A stretch of 64,000 bases of DNA. Source: the human T2T-CHM13v2.0 reference genome, Homo sapiens. Shown here one piece after another: positions 14,045-32,590 of this stretch. Both the position numbers and the translations under genes were made by a program. The stretch's first letter is position 1. Each line of letters opens with the position of its first letter. A model generated the notes under the pieces. It did not search any database. It worked only from the letters and a program-made list of their open reading frames with translations, and was not told the DNA's origin. The stretch lies in the NCBI RefSeq assembly GCF_009914755.1, contig NC_060929.1; one strand, 5' to 3'.

Positions 14045-15676
14045 CAAGAGCTTCATGGCCTATATTATAATCCAATTAGCTCATTCATTTTTATGTTTTG
14101 AAAGGATCTGAAATCACATTCTACTATGTTCTTTCTCTCTCCTTTGCAGAGTGTTTTGGTTGTTGCCATGTCTGAATGCAGTAATCTCCAGGATTAGGGG
14201 AGTTAGATTGGAGGAAGCTGCACATTTGTGCAATAGTCAAACAAGGTATAGATTAGTTTAGCCTGATTGTTGTGGAAATTCACAAGTCAATATTTGATAG
14301 GTAATTTATATTAGGGATTTGTTACAGATTGAATTTACTCATGTGCTTTTGATAGGTACTTGTCATTTGTTATTTCCAATCAACAGTGGTAAGGACGACA
14401 AGAAAAAGAGGAACTATTTATAAAACTTTTCTTTCCCTCACCATTCTGGAGCCAGTAGTGTTCTTTGCTTACCCCTTCTGTTTATTTTCACTTTGATTTA
14501 TTGGGCTGAGCTCAGAATTTCAACCGCAGCCTTAAAGGCTAATATAAAACCTAAATGTAACACCACAGAATTGACAGCAGAAACGGCAAAAAATAAAAAG
14601 AAGAATGAAAAATAGAGAAGTCAATTTATTAGAATGTCTTATATTTACCCACTTTACTTCCTAAAATAACTACCTTACTTTTCTGGAAAGAAATTGTGCC
14701 TATTTATTTTGGTTTGGTAGACTATCTGCATGTGTGACTTTCACTATATTTTTCCTTCAGGAATGACAAGTGATGCCATATTGAAGAGGAATTGTTCTGT
14801 GTGCCCAATTAATTATTTCAGTAAAATTTCTTCACGAACAGCATCACTTACACTGACTGCTTATGAAGCCATTAAGTCCTGGCTCGGAGACACTGTTGGA
14901 TGTCATAGAGAAGTAGCATATCAATCTTTCTTTTCATTGGCCTTGAAACAGTCCTTAGGGAACCATATGAACTCCAGTATATTTTTCAAGGATTTTCTTG
15001 GATTTGATTAACAAAAGAGCATAAAACTGAGATATATTATTTGGCAGTGAAGAAACATTTCTTTTAAAATGCAAAATTCAAAGTTGAAGTGTCACAGAAT
15101 GGGCACCAGGAAGTTGTTTGTTGATAGAACACTTCAAAATTTTTTTTCTCACTTATGCCGAGTTGAAAAATTGAAATCTGCAAAGGGAATAGTTAGGAGA
15201 ATGGAGATTTGAGTTCTTGAGCTGGTTCACTGTGTTCACTAGTGATTAGTGGAAAAGTAGTAGCTTCAAAGCAGCAGCCTAATATTGCTGCTTTACCTGC
15301 ATACACAGTTCTTGGAGATTTCTTTTTGTTATTAACTAAGCCAAGAAAATAATGTTGTTTTTATTTCCTCTAGTAAAAGTCCCAAGTTTTATTCTCTAAC
15401 TATGCCATAGGTAAGACATCTTTTCACAATGAAATGGACACAAAAAAGAAGCCTGACTGATGAGGACAAACTTTTTGTCATTTCAATAGATTGTCAATTC
15501 CTGGTATATATAGGACCTATAAACAGCACCTCCACAATCCAGATGACATAATGGCTTGGGATGAAATTATTGCAATCATACAATTAATTGCTATACTTCA
15601 TAACCTGCCATGGAAATACAATAAACTCATTACTGTGTTTTACACATTCTTTTGTGGTGTTGTTTTTGGGGGGTTT

Positions 15677-15781
15677 TCTTTGAGACAAGGCCTGGCTTTG
15701 TCGCCCAGGCTGGAGTGCAGTCACGCGATACCGGCTCACTGCAATCTCTGCCTCTAGGGCTCAAGTGACTCTTTTGCCTCT
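15677..15781 (-). mobile_element. Truncated Alu right-arm fragment (old J-like)
   Basis: 'ttgagacaaggcctggctttgtcgcccaggctggagtgcag...ggctcaagtga'. Confidence 0.8.
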
Positions 15782-16489
15782 CAATACCAAGTTTTAAAAG
15801 TTAATGAATACTTAATGTGTGTTAGTTTTTAGAAAAAGTTGTTTACTCAGAGGTTGCAATACTACATTTCATTTTGCTTCCAAAATGTAGCTACAGTCTC
15901 AACAAATTATTTTGCTAATTGTTTAGATTCAGGTCTAAAAATGCCTCCAGTTAAGAAACTTTCAAACTCACATGCTTTCCAGACATGTCCAGGGGATATA
16001 ATTCCCCATGAGCTGTTTTCCCATTTGTTCCACAGTATGAGACAGAAGGCTTACCCAGAAAAGGTAGAAGTGCTACAAACCATGGTGAATTTAGTAATAG
16101 AAAATGACATGGAAATATAAAATGGCATAAGACTGTAATAAGTGATAAGTGAAACTTAATTAAATGTAAAATTTAGTAGCAATGAAGTATGCTGCTTCTA
16201 GCAACAAATCACATTGAAATGGAGCAGATGTCACCCATTCTGCTACAAGTACATGGAAATACAGACAAAACATATTTTAAAATAAGTAGAAATTGAGACC
16301 CCAGACCTTAATGACCTGCATTCATTAAGTATGCAGTTATGTAGGTTCAGGTATCATGAAGAGAAGTGTCCATAAAGTTTCCCAGGGCCATAAAAGCAGA
16401 AGTAGTTTCACCCTGCTCCATAGTGATGTTTTCAAATCACAGTTCACAGGGGATTCCCAAAGAATAGACAACTCTTGTGGCAGTTGAGC

Positions 16490-16899
16490 TCATATTAAAA
16501 TAGTATACATTATGCAAGAAAATGAAACACACCGAGGAAGAATCAACAGATGTAAGAAGCCAAAAGCTAGCATCCCAAGAAGTGGAAAAAGGCAGAAAAC
16601 CTCAAGGAGGTTGTGAAATAGATATGTTTCAAATGTTTAAAGAAGTAAAGGAGCTGAAAACACAATTTTTAAAATTATAGTACCCTTTAAAAAGGCACTA
16701 TACAAGAGAAAATATAATATTTATTAAAATAACTAAATAGAAGTTTTTGAAACTAAAAATGTAAATATTGAAATTCAAAAATGTAATTGATTAAATAAGC
16801 AACAAACTAAACACAACTGAAGAGATAATAAGGAAGTGGAAGATAAACATAAGGAAATTACATAGAGGAAACAGAATGAAATTAAAAGACATGAAAGAC
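16490..16899 (+). mobile_element. Ancient L1M/HAL1 ORF1-like fragment
   Basis: A-rich, ORF1 coiled-coil-like sequence 'acacaactgaagagataataaggaagtggaagata'. Confidence 0.5.
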
Positions 16900-17213
<314 letters not shown>

Positions 17214-17429
17214 TTAGTAATTTAGCACAGTGGAAACCCTCCTACCTTGTTATTTTGGGGAAAAGTTTTATGTTATGTGAGATAAAATTGAGGATGCAAA
17301 TGGCAGCAATTATCCTTCAATGTTTATATACCAAAATACTAAAAGCTACCCCACATATATAAGGATGTTTATTGTATCACTTCATAATAGCAAAAAAATC
17401 AGAACATAAACATTTATCAACTGAGAAAT

Positions 17430-17740
17430 ATGGTTGGTCCTACTACTTCATGGGTTCCGTATCAGTGAAGTCAATCATTTGCAAGTTAAAAGTATACATA
17501 TTTTTAATCACATCTGTACTGAACAAACTTTTCTTTCTTGCCATTATTCCCTAAAAAATAAAATTTAACAGCTGTTTACATTATATTAAGTACTACAGGT
17601 AATATAGGGATGATTTAAAATATACAGGAGGATGTGCATAGGTTATATGCAAATACTATGCCAATTGTATCACTGACTCAAGCATCAGTCAAAGGTCGGT
17701 TGAGGAAGTCCTGGAACCAGTCTCCCAAGGGATGATTGTA
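17430..17740. mobile_element. MER2 (Tigger-family) non-autonomous DNA transposon
   Basis: 'catctgtactgaac...ccattattccctaaa', 'atacaggaggatgtgcataggttatatgcaaatactatgcca', 'gtcctggaaccagtctccc'. Confidence 0.8.
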
Positions 17741-18845
17741 CATAAATAAATTAGAATGCATATTGGATATATTACATTAATTAAAATATATTTCAGAAAA
17801 TGTGTATGTGTGATACCAAATATCACCTTCATGCAAGATTTAGTTTAACTCTAAAAGGGAACTAATATGGAAAAACACAGGATAATTTTTAGTTGTTAAT
17901 TCGAAAATACTTTTTAATTTAATAATTGGTTTAAAATTAGAAGAGCCTTTTGGAAATAACCTATTGGAGGCAATTATTTATCCAAGGTACAAAATAAAAT
18001 CAGACGCTTCAGAGTTTCATTTGGTGGAAAGAAGGGGAAGGCTAGGAAATAACAGCAGTGATGGAGTGCATGGCGAATGCATGGCTAATTCTCAGATGCT
18101 AATACCTGAGAGTTCCCTCCTCTTACAAAGCTAGAAGGAGCCAATAATCTAAGGATGGAGGGGGCATTGCTGACTGGGTGAGGGCAAAAAGAAGTAACCG
18201 AAAAGATGCTATATTTCCAGATGAAACAAATGTGAGTCATAAAACAGTTCTTCAACTCCTATGTGAGAACCCTGGGCACCTTATCTGGAACTGTAGCAAC
18301 AAAGGCAGTTATTTTCTAAAGCTGCTAGTCAAGGTTGTGGGCTCTTGAGGTGAAAATTAAGCACATGGTTTTCTGAATCTTAACAAATCCTCCTCCTTCT
18401 GGAGACTAATCATTGTTAATTTCCTCATTCCTCTATTAAAGGAATGATGCCATAATTATAAAGGGAGGGGACTACATGCCTGCATGGAAACAGATCTGTG
18501 TTTATGGATTTTGAGGCCTAGTCACTCTGTTTCTAGCAGAGAACTAAAAAAGACTGCAGCTGAGAATTCTTAGAGTTGAAAAATAGTGGTAATTGTCACA
18601 AATTACCACATGCAATTGCCAGCTATACTCCTAAACAATGGCCCCACTTTAGGAATATAACAAAAAAATTCTTGTAGCTTTCCTTTGGAAAATGTAAGTG
18701 TTGCCCTTTAATACTGTCTTGAAAGTCGCTGGATTTCAACCTTATTATGCACTGTTAATCTTACTGGTATCTAAAACAGAAGTTCCATCATTTCCCAAAC
18801 AGACTTTGTGTTAATGTCAAGACTCAGTGGGATATACCTCAATTC

Positions 18846-21800
18846 TTTTTGAAATTTTATTTTAATTAACAAATTAAAATTACATATATTTATTGTGCAC
18901 ATGATGTCTTAATATATGTATACATTGTAGAATGGCTCAAGCAAGCTAATTAACACGTGAATTATGTCGCATCCTTATTTTGTGTGGTGAAGACCCTTTC
19001 AAATCTACTCACAATTTTCAGTAATAAAATAAATTGTTATTAATTATAGTCATCATGTTGTACAATAGATCTCTTGGACTTTTTCTTCCTGTCTAACCGA
19101 AATGTTATATACTGTGACCAACATCTCTCCAAAACTCCCCCATAGCCCCAGCCCCTGGTAAAACACCATTCTACTTTCTAGTTTTGAGTTCATTTTTTTA
19201 GATTTTATGTATAAATAGGATCATGTTCTAGCTTGATCTTTCTGTGCCTAGCTCATTTCACCTAACATGTCCTCCAGGTTTGTTGCAAATAATAGGATAG
19301 CATTCGTTTTTAAGGCTGAATAGTATTCCATTGTGTATATTATACCACATTTCATCCATTTATCCACTGACAGACACTTAGGTTGATTCTAATGCTACAA
19401 TGAATGTGGATGTGCCGATATCTCTTTGATATGCCAATTTAATTTCCTTTAGAAATATACCAACAGTGGGCTTATTGGATCATATAATAATTCTGTTTTT
19501 AATTTTTTAGGAACCTCCATACTGCTTTCTATAGTGACTTTGCTAATTTACATTTTCCCCACAACCTTACCAACATTTGTCCTTTGTGTTTTTTATAGTA
19601 TCCATTCTAACAAGTGTGAGGTAAGTACCTCATTGTGATTTTAATTTGCATTTTCCAGATGATTAGTGAGGTTGATGATTTTTTTCAAGCACTTGTTGGC
19701 CATTTGTATGTCTTCTTTTGAGACACGTCCATCCAGGTCCTTTGCCCATCTGTTAACCAGGTAGTTTTTTTTTTCCTTGCTATTAACTTGAGTTTCCTAT
19801 ACATTTTAGATATTAATCCTTTATCAGGTATATGGTTTACAGATATGTTCTCTTATTCTGTATGTTATCTTTTCACACTATTAATTGGTTTCCCCTTGCT
19901 GTGCAAAAACTTTTTACTTTAAAGCAATCTCATTTGTCTATTTTTTATTTTGTTTCCTGTGTTTTGGGGATCATAGCCAAAAAATCATTGCCCAGACAAA
20001 ATGTCATGGAGCTTTTCTCCTACACACTCTTAAAGTAGTTTTACAGATCCAGGTCTTAATTCTAAGTCTTCAAATTATTTTGAATTGACTTTTGTATATG
20101 ACATGAGATAAGAGTCTAATTTTATTCTTCTGCCTTTAGACATCCAGTTTTCCCAAACCATTTATTGAAGAGACTGTCCTTTCCCCATTGTGTGTTCTTG
20201 GCACCTTTGTCAAAAATCAATTGGCCATAAATGCCTGGATTTATTTCTGGGCTCTCTATTTGCCTATTTGTAATTTTTTATGCCAGTTTTACGCTGTTTG
20301 GCTTACTATAGCTCTGTAATATATTTTGAAGTCAGCTAGCATGATACCTCCAAGTTTGTTCTTTTTGCTCAAGATTGCTTTGGCTATTTGGGGTCTTTTG
20401 TGGTTCTACACAAATTTTAAGATTGTTTTTTCTATTTCTGTGAAAAATGGCATTGTAATTTTGATGGAGATTACACCAAATCTATAGATCACTTTGGGTC
20501 ATATTGATATTTTAACAGTATTATTTCTTCTAATCTATAAACACATAACATCTTTTACTTATTTTTATCATCTTCAATTTCTTTTATCAATGTTTTATAG
20601 TTTTTATTGCACAGGTATTTCACTTCCATAGTTAAATTTATTCCAAAGTATTTTATTTTTGTACATATTATAAATTGGATTTTTAATTGACTTCTTTTTT
20701 GGATTTTTTGATTACTGCATAGAAATGCTACTAATTTTTCTTGGCTGGTTTTGCATCCTGCGACTTTACTGAATTCATGTAGTAGTTCTAAAAATTTTTT
20801 GATGGTGTCTGAAGGATTATATATATAAAACCCTATAGACACACATACAAATATGATCATGTCATCTGCAGAGAACAATTTAACTTCTTCTTTTCCAATT
20901 TAAATCTTCTGTATTTCTTTCTCTTTAATAAGTTATCAGGTTAGAATTTCTAGTACTATATTGAATAGAGTGGCAAGAGCAGGAATCTTGTTCCTGATCT
21001 TAGAGGAAAAGCTTTCCATTTTTCACCACCGAGTATGTTATTAGCTATGGGTTTGTTATACATGGCCTTTATTATGTTGAGACGCATTCATTCTATAGCT
21101 AATTTGTTAAGAATTTTTATCATGAAGGGATGTTAAATTTTATACAATGCTTTTTCTGCATCTATTGAGATGATCATATGGTTTTTGTCCATCATTCAGT
21201 TAATGTGTTATACGACATTAATTTTGTATGTTTGACCATTCTTGCATTCTCGGGATAAATCCCACTTGATCATGGTGAACAAACCTTTTAATGTGCTGTT
21301 GAATTCAGTTTGCTAGTATTTTGTTGGGAAGTTTTACATCTACATTCATCAAAGATATTATCCTATGATTTTCTTTTCTTGTAATATGTTTGTCTGGCTT
21401 TGGTATCAAGGTGATGCTAGCCTCATAAAATGAGTTTGAAAGTATTTTCTCTTATCCATTTGTTTGGAAGAGTTAGAGAACGATAGTCTTAGTTCTTCTT
21501 CAAATGTCTGATAGAATTTAGCAATGAAGCCATCAGGTCCTGGATTTTCCTTGTTGGGAGATCTTTTATTACTGATTTAATTTTCTTATTATTGGTCTGA
21601 CAAAATTTTCTGTCTCTTCATGATTCAGTCTTAATAAGTTATATTTGTCTAGGAATTTATCAATTTCATATAGGTTATTCAATTTGTGGTATATAATTGT
21701 TCATATGAGTCTCTCATAATTTATTTGTATTTCTATGGTATTAGTTATAATGTGCCCTCTTTTATTTCTGGTTTATCTATTTGAGTCTTCTCTTTTTTTT

Positions 21801-21975
21801 TTTTAGTTACCTAAAGTCTTATCAGTTTTATTTTTTCAAAACCTCAACTCTTAATTTTGTTTATCTTTGCTGTTGTTTTTCTGCCCTGATATTTATTATT
21901 TCCTTCCTTTTACCAACTTTGGGCTTACCCTGTTATTTTTCTAGTTTTTTAATGTGTAACATTATATATTTTTTT
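18846..21975 (-). mobile_element. 5'-truncated L1MA (approx. MA6-8) with ORF2 remnant
   Basis: Reverse L1MA 3'UTR at 18850-19300; ORF 20555-20878 has an RT-like 'SADDMI...LLHEFSKVAG'. Confidence 0.88.
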
Positions 21976-22689
21976 AGATCTGTGCATAGCTCAATTCTGG
22001 GTATTCTCCATACCCTTACACACAGGATAAAGCTACTAGTCTTCAACATACGCATTTTTACTAGGAATCATTTTTCCTGGTCAATCTTGAATGTAGAATT
22101 TTTATACTGCAAGTCATTTTGGCTCAGGGAAAGTTTCTAAGTATTTTGTTCAAAAAAAAGTTCTGAATATTTTTCAAAGGGTTTATAAAAAAGTAAAAAT
22201 TTCAGATGAAGTAATAAATCTATGTGTGTTAATAAGGACTGATGAACAAAATAAGAAATGTTTCAGTCAGAATCAACTTAAGTGGAGTCCTTGGAGGTAT
22301 GAGCATTTCCATCAATTCACTGAACATGCAGAATTAACTATTTAGTTATTAGAAGATTTTTTTAATTCCCCCAAAAGGGCTGGAGTGGATGTTATGTTTC
22401 ACTGTGGTTGAGTCCAGGGTCCTGCTACTGATGTACAGAAGAATGTTAAGAGTATTACTTTACTTCCTGGCATTTTTCAATCATCCAAAGTTGAAAATTG
22501 ATTAAAACTAATATTTTCCTTGAAAACATACATTACATCTTATGTCAACTTCCCTTAAATGAATACCTTAAAATACAAACAAGCAAAGAGGAACTCTTCT
22601 ATTCAAAGAAGAAAGTATTTAGAATAATTCAAACATCAGTTCATTTAAATTAACAAACGTGAAGTTGTTGGAGATATGAGCATCCTCCA

Positions 22690-23100
22690 ATCCTCAAATC
22701 ACTGAGAGAGGTAATTATTATTTCCATTTTACGAATAAGGAAACTGATGTATAGAATTTATGTGGCTTCTCTGAAGTCACAGAGGTAACAAGCAGTGGAG
22801 GCACGATTCAAACCCAGTATTTCGGGACGTTCCAGTGACTAGCAATTAGGAATTATTCCAGGGAGGAAGGCAGTGCAACACACAGGGCTCTCGCTGACTG
22901 TTCTCAAACCCAAGCTACACAACTTGCTTTCTGTGTAATCTTGGTAATTTATTTGATTTTCTAACTCTAGAAATCCCCTAAATACAAATGAAGAGGATAA
23001 TAATATTTAATTATGTATTTGTGCTGTTTTAAAGTTGTATGAGAAAATTCATGTAAATTGCCTAGCACCATATATAGCACATCCCAAATGCTCAATGGAT
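22690..23100. mobile_element. Two MIR fragments in opposite orientations
   Basis: 'ccattttacgaataaggaaactga...gattcaaacccag' and 'tgtaaattgcctagcacc...atgctcaat'. Confidence 0.6.
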
Positions 23101-23249
23101 TATCTATCTCATTGTGCACAGAATTAGACATTATCATATGGAGGAAGATTTCTGAGTTTGTCTGAGGAAATACTGGTGTACAGGGTAAAGGAGGCTACAG
23201 ATATAAAGCTTCTTCTTGAGAATTTGGTCAACGTAAATTCTAATCAATG

Positions 23250-24550
23250 ATGTAACATATATTACTGAATGTTTGACATTTTTTCAATTAACTTGCAAGG
23301 ACTTGGAGGATATAAAAAGGAAAGACATTACATCTATCTTCAAGAAAACCTCTCGTGGTCTGGTTGTAATAAAGGCAAATAATAAATATAAAATTCTAAA
23401 TGAAAGAAGTAAAAGCTGTTCATAAAGGAATACACAAAGTCTTAAAGGAGCTAAGAAAAGGCATCAACCTAAAGCTTGAAAAATCACACATGACTTTTAA
23501 GAGTCTACATGTCATTTGATATATCTTAAAAGGAATCCAGGGTTAGAGAGAGGATCAAGATGAAGCTGAAGACTTAAGGAAGGGTCATATATTGAAGAAT
23601 AATAAGTAGCAACCTAAAGATTCAATTTTATCCTCTGAATAATAAGCATTCAATGAAGTATTTTAAGCATGAGATGAACACAGCTACATGCACACTTAGA
23701 AAGTCCTTCCAAGAATGGATATTAGCTATTAATAGACTGAAGATACACTATATTGAGTGGATTAAGTTTGGCTGCACTTAACAGAAATCACAAAATAGCA
23801 GTGGCTAAGTGCAAAGGTGGGCAGATACAAGATAATGTCTTGGCTTCACCATCACCATCATGAAGGACCTGTCATCTTTCTCTGTCATCCTTTCAGTGTT
23901 TGGCTAAAATTCTCAAGTTCAGCCCCAGATGATAACTGAGGTTGTACTGAATATTCCAAAATGGAACAGAATCTGTTATACAGATTATACAAAACATAGA
24001 AAGAACTATTGAGTAGTTAACTAGCTGTATGCCTGGGTAACACTGATAAATGCTGTTAAAATAATTCAGAAAAGTTCTAATGAGAACTGGCACTGGGCAG
24101 TAGCTGTGAAAGTACAAAGAAGGGATTGAATTCCAGAGATACTAAAAATGTTAGTGGAGATTTTTTTCAACATTAGCAATTTGCTAAGTGATTGTGATTT
24201 TGGCTTTTGCTTTTAAGTGGAAATACCAAAATTGCATAAGGGAAGAAAATTTTCCATTTTGTACATGATGAATTTGAAGCCTATAGGGGCATTTAAATAT
24301 ATATCTACACCTATATCTCTTCTTTATTTAGCCTATCAGAAAAGAGGTAAATGGATGGGAGCATATACAAATACATGGAATAAGGGAGATATAAAGACAT
24401 GTTACTATAAGTATAGTTCAGAGTGAACAGTCAGTGGAAGGCAGGCAGCATAGTATAAAAAATACTGTTATGAAGATACTAAAATTTTTTGTTTTGAATA
24501 AAACCCGGCTAAAAAGGTGTTTAAAATATCAGAAAGGACCGAATGGCTTA
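23250..24550 (-). mobile_element. Fragmented L2 (probably interrupted by an old MaLR piece at ~23750-23950)
   Basis: Purine-rich L2-like motifs ('tgaagtattttaagcatgag', 'ttccattttgtacatgatgaatttgaag'); boundaries approximate. Confidence 0.45.
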
Positions 24551-25334
24551 AAGATAATTGCTATTGCTATATACTTGTCCCAATCTAAGGAAGAATCTGT
24601 ATTTATCAAATATCAACTATGTGTCACCTGCTGTAGTAGTGCTCTGCATAAATTGTCACAAAATGGCAATAATAACTAAAATGTATTTCATGTTAGTAAG
24701 CACCATCAAAGAGCTTTATGTGATACAATTTATTTAATCTGGACACTAACTCTATGAGATACCATTATCTACAACTTTTAGGTGAGAATATTGAAGTGTA
24801 GAATGATTAAGTAGATTGCTTAGGTTTGTAGTTAATAGGAGAAGTAACAGGAACCCAAACTGACACAGTCTGCCTCCAAAGTTTGCATTTCCAAGTAATT
24901 CACTACACATTATTACCACAGCTATCAGAAGCATTTTATTATTATGCAAAATTTACAGATGAGAAAATTATGGCTTACAGATGTATCAACATTAGTAATT
25001 TTGATTTTGTCTGTAAAGCAGATAGTCATATAGAACACTTCGGGTCTTTCTATTATATTTACAATGCAGAGGTGGCCCCAAAACTGTATAACAAATAAAT
25101 ATTTTGGTTTTGGATCTGAATCATTTCTCATACCAAATACTCAGATGATACAATATCTGTTTAATTTTGCTTAGTTTTCAAAGACTTGATCTTAAATCAA
25201 TATGTACATGAATCAAACATTTCCAATTTGCATTTGTTCTTCTTATTCTTAATGTGTTGGTGAACATAGGAATGTGATTTATGTCTGAAATTATACTTTT
25301 CAACAGAGTAGGAATGTTTTAAAACAGTTTTTAA

Positions 25335-26316
25335 CAATTGTGAATGGGAGTTTGCTCATGATTTGGCTCTCTATTATTGGTGTATAGGAATGCTTGTGAT
25401 TTTTGCACATTGATTTTGTATCCCGAGACTTTGCTAAAGTTGCTTATTAGCTTAAGGAGTTTTTCGGCTGAGACAATGGGGTTTTGAACAGACACTTTTC
25501 AAAAGAAGACATTTATGTGGCCAAAAAACATACGAAAAAAAGCTCATCATCACTGGTCATTAGAGAAATGCAAATCAAAACCACAATGAGATACCATCTC
25601 ACGCCAGTTAGAATGGCAATCATTAAAAAGTTAGGAAACAACAGATGCTGGAGAGGATGTGGAGAAATAGGAACACTTTTACACTGTTGGTAGGAGTATA
25701 AATTAGTTCAACCATTGTGGAAGACAGTGTGGCAATTCCTCGAGGATCTAGAACTAGAAATACCATTTGACCCAGCAATCCCATTACTGGATATATACCC
25801 AAAAGATTATAAATCATGCTACTATAAAGACACATGCACATGTGTGTTTATTGCAGCACTATTCACAATAGCAAAGACTTGGAATCAACCCAAATGCCTA
25901 TCAATGATAGGCTGGATAAAGAAAATGTGGCACATATATACCATGTAATACTATGCAGCCATAAAAAAGAATTAGTGTATGTCCTTTGCAGAGACATCGA
26001 TGAAGCTAGAAACCATCATTCTCAGCAAACTAACACAGGAACAGAAAACCAAACACTGCATGTTCTCACTCATAAGTGGGAGTTGAACAATGAGAACATA
26101 TGGGCACAGGGAAGGGAACACCACACACCAGGGCCTGTCAGGAGGTGGGGGGCAAGGGGAGGGATGGCATCAAGAGAAATAACTAATGTAGATGACGGGT
26201 TGATGGGTGTAGCAAACCACCATGGCACACGTATACCTATGTAACAAACCTGCACGTTCTGCACATGTATTCCAGAACTTAAAAAATATATATAAAAAAT
26301 CTCAAAAAACAAACAA
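25335..26316 (+). mobile_element. L1PA7-like with 5' inversion (25335-25484 inverted; 25485-26316 forward)
   Basis: Reverse ORF2 RT-region piece joined to the forward ORF2 end and 3'UTR; TSD aaaacagtttttaa (25321-25334) / aaaaaagtttttaa (26317-26330). Confidence 0.9.
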
Positions 26317-26622
26317 AAAAAAGTTTTTAAGGCCAAACTGTGATCCTCTCCCAGACAGCAACATGGCCTACTTATGTAAAATGATAGTTTTTATTGCTTA
26401 TATCCCATACTTTAACACTGATATTGAACACATCAAATGTTAATGTGTGACCTGATACCAATAATGATTTACTTAGCACTTAAACTGCTTATATTGGATG
26501 GCAACTGAAAAGTACAAGAACAGCTGGAGTCAGAAAAGGGAAAAAGAGTAAAATACAGGAATTAAGTCTTCAACTGGGAAATAGTTCCCATTTTCACCTG
26601 TGCGTTCAAAATAAAAGAAACT

Positions 26623-26870
26623 TTTCACTTATAAGTTGGAACTAAAAATTGAGCACACATGGCCATAAACATGAGAACAATAGACACCGCAGACTACTAG
26701 AGAGGGGAGGGAGAGGTGGGGGTTGAAGAACTACTTATTGGGCACTATGCTCACTACTTGGGTGATGGGAACTGCATCCCAAACCTCAGCACTGCACAAT
26801 ATACCCATGTAACAAACCTGTAAATGCATCTCCTGTATCTAAAATACAAGTTGAAGCTCTTTTTTAAAAA
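26623..26870 (+). mobile_element. Short L1PA15-16/L1PB-type 3'UTR fragment
   Basis: 'acaatagacaccgcagactactagagagggg...ccaaacctcagc...acccatgtaacaaacctg'. Confidence 0.8.
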
Positions 26871-27884
26871 AGAAAAAATATGAAAGAACCAAACAGAAAA
26901 ATTGTATTTCTGAATCCTGTTTTATAATTTCATCACATATTTTTGGTATACTTCTACTTAGAATCACCAACCTGCTACAAAGGCAAAGAGTGACACAATT
27001 TTTATATAAGTTAAGTGAAAATGCAGATTAATATGTAGAGAGTAAATTATACAATTAATCATATTAATAATTGCTTGTAGAGTTGCAGATTAACACCATT
27101 TTTCCTACAATAAACCTATTTATCTCTGAAAAAGTAATAACCTATATCATATTTTATTATAAAATAATATATTCTTGTTACAATAAATGAAATAGAGTTA
27201 CATACAAATAAAACCCTAATCATCTGAACACTCATTTTTCTCCTTCTATATATAAAGTTAGTAGCTTAGAATATATTCTCCATGTACTTACAAACAATAC
27301 AAGCATTATGGTATGCACTTGTTTTGAGGGTTTTTGTATTTTATAAAGACATAAAATTAAGTATAAATATTACAACTTTAAAAACTGAATTATCACTTAT
27401 CATTGCATGAATATATTTTTATTTTAATAAATATTAGCCAGTTGGTTACAAAAATGCATGTAACAATCTCGTTTCCACTTTCCACCACCAAGTATGAATG
27501 TACTGTTTTCTTCCCACTCCTGTCAGGAATAGTTGAAATCTTTCTGTATAGTTTTTGCCATTTCCTTTTAACTACTAGTCAATGTGATCCTCTTATATTT
27601 TTAATGGATATTTGAAAGTTCTCTTCTTGGATATCTTATCTTTGTTAATTGTTCTATTAGATTGATTGTCTAGTTTTGCATCATTTTAAGAACCCTTTGG
27701 TGATAATAGACATTAAGCGTTTCTCATTTCACACACTCATATATGCAATATGTATGTATACATACACACAAATCTATGATTTGTCTATTGCTTTCTTTTG
27801 TGGAATTTTTGCAACAAAAATTTTTAAATAGTCATATATTTCTCTTAATTTTTGTTATGGCTTTGCAATTCACAATCTTGGTTA

Positions 27885-32590
<4,706 letters not shown>

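Noticed and set aside
18586-18609. Perfect 9-bp inverted repeat GTGGTAATT-N6-AATTACCAC
   Set aside because: Plausible by chance in 64 kb of AT-rich DNA; no supporting context.
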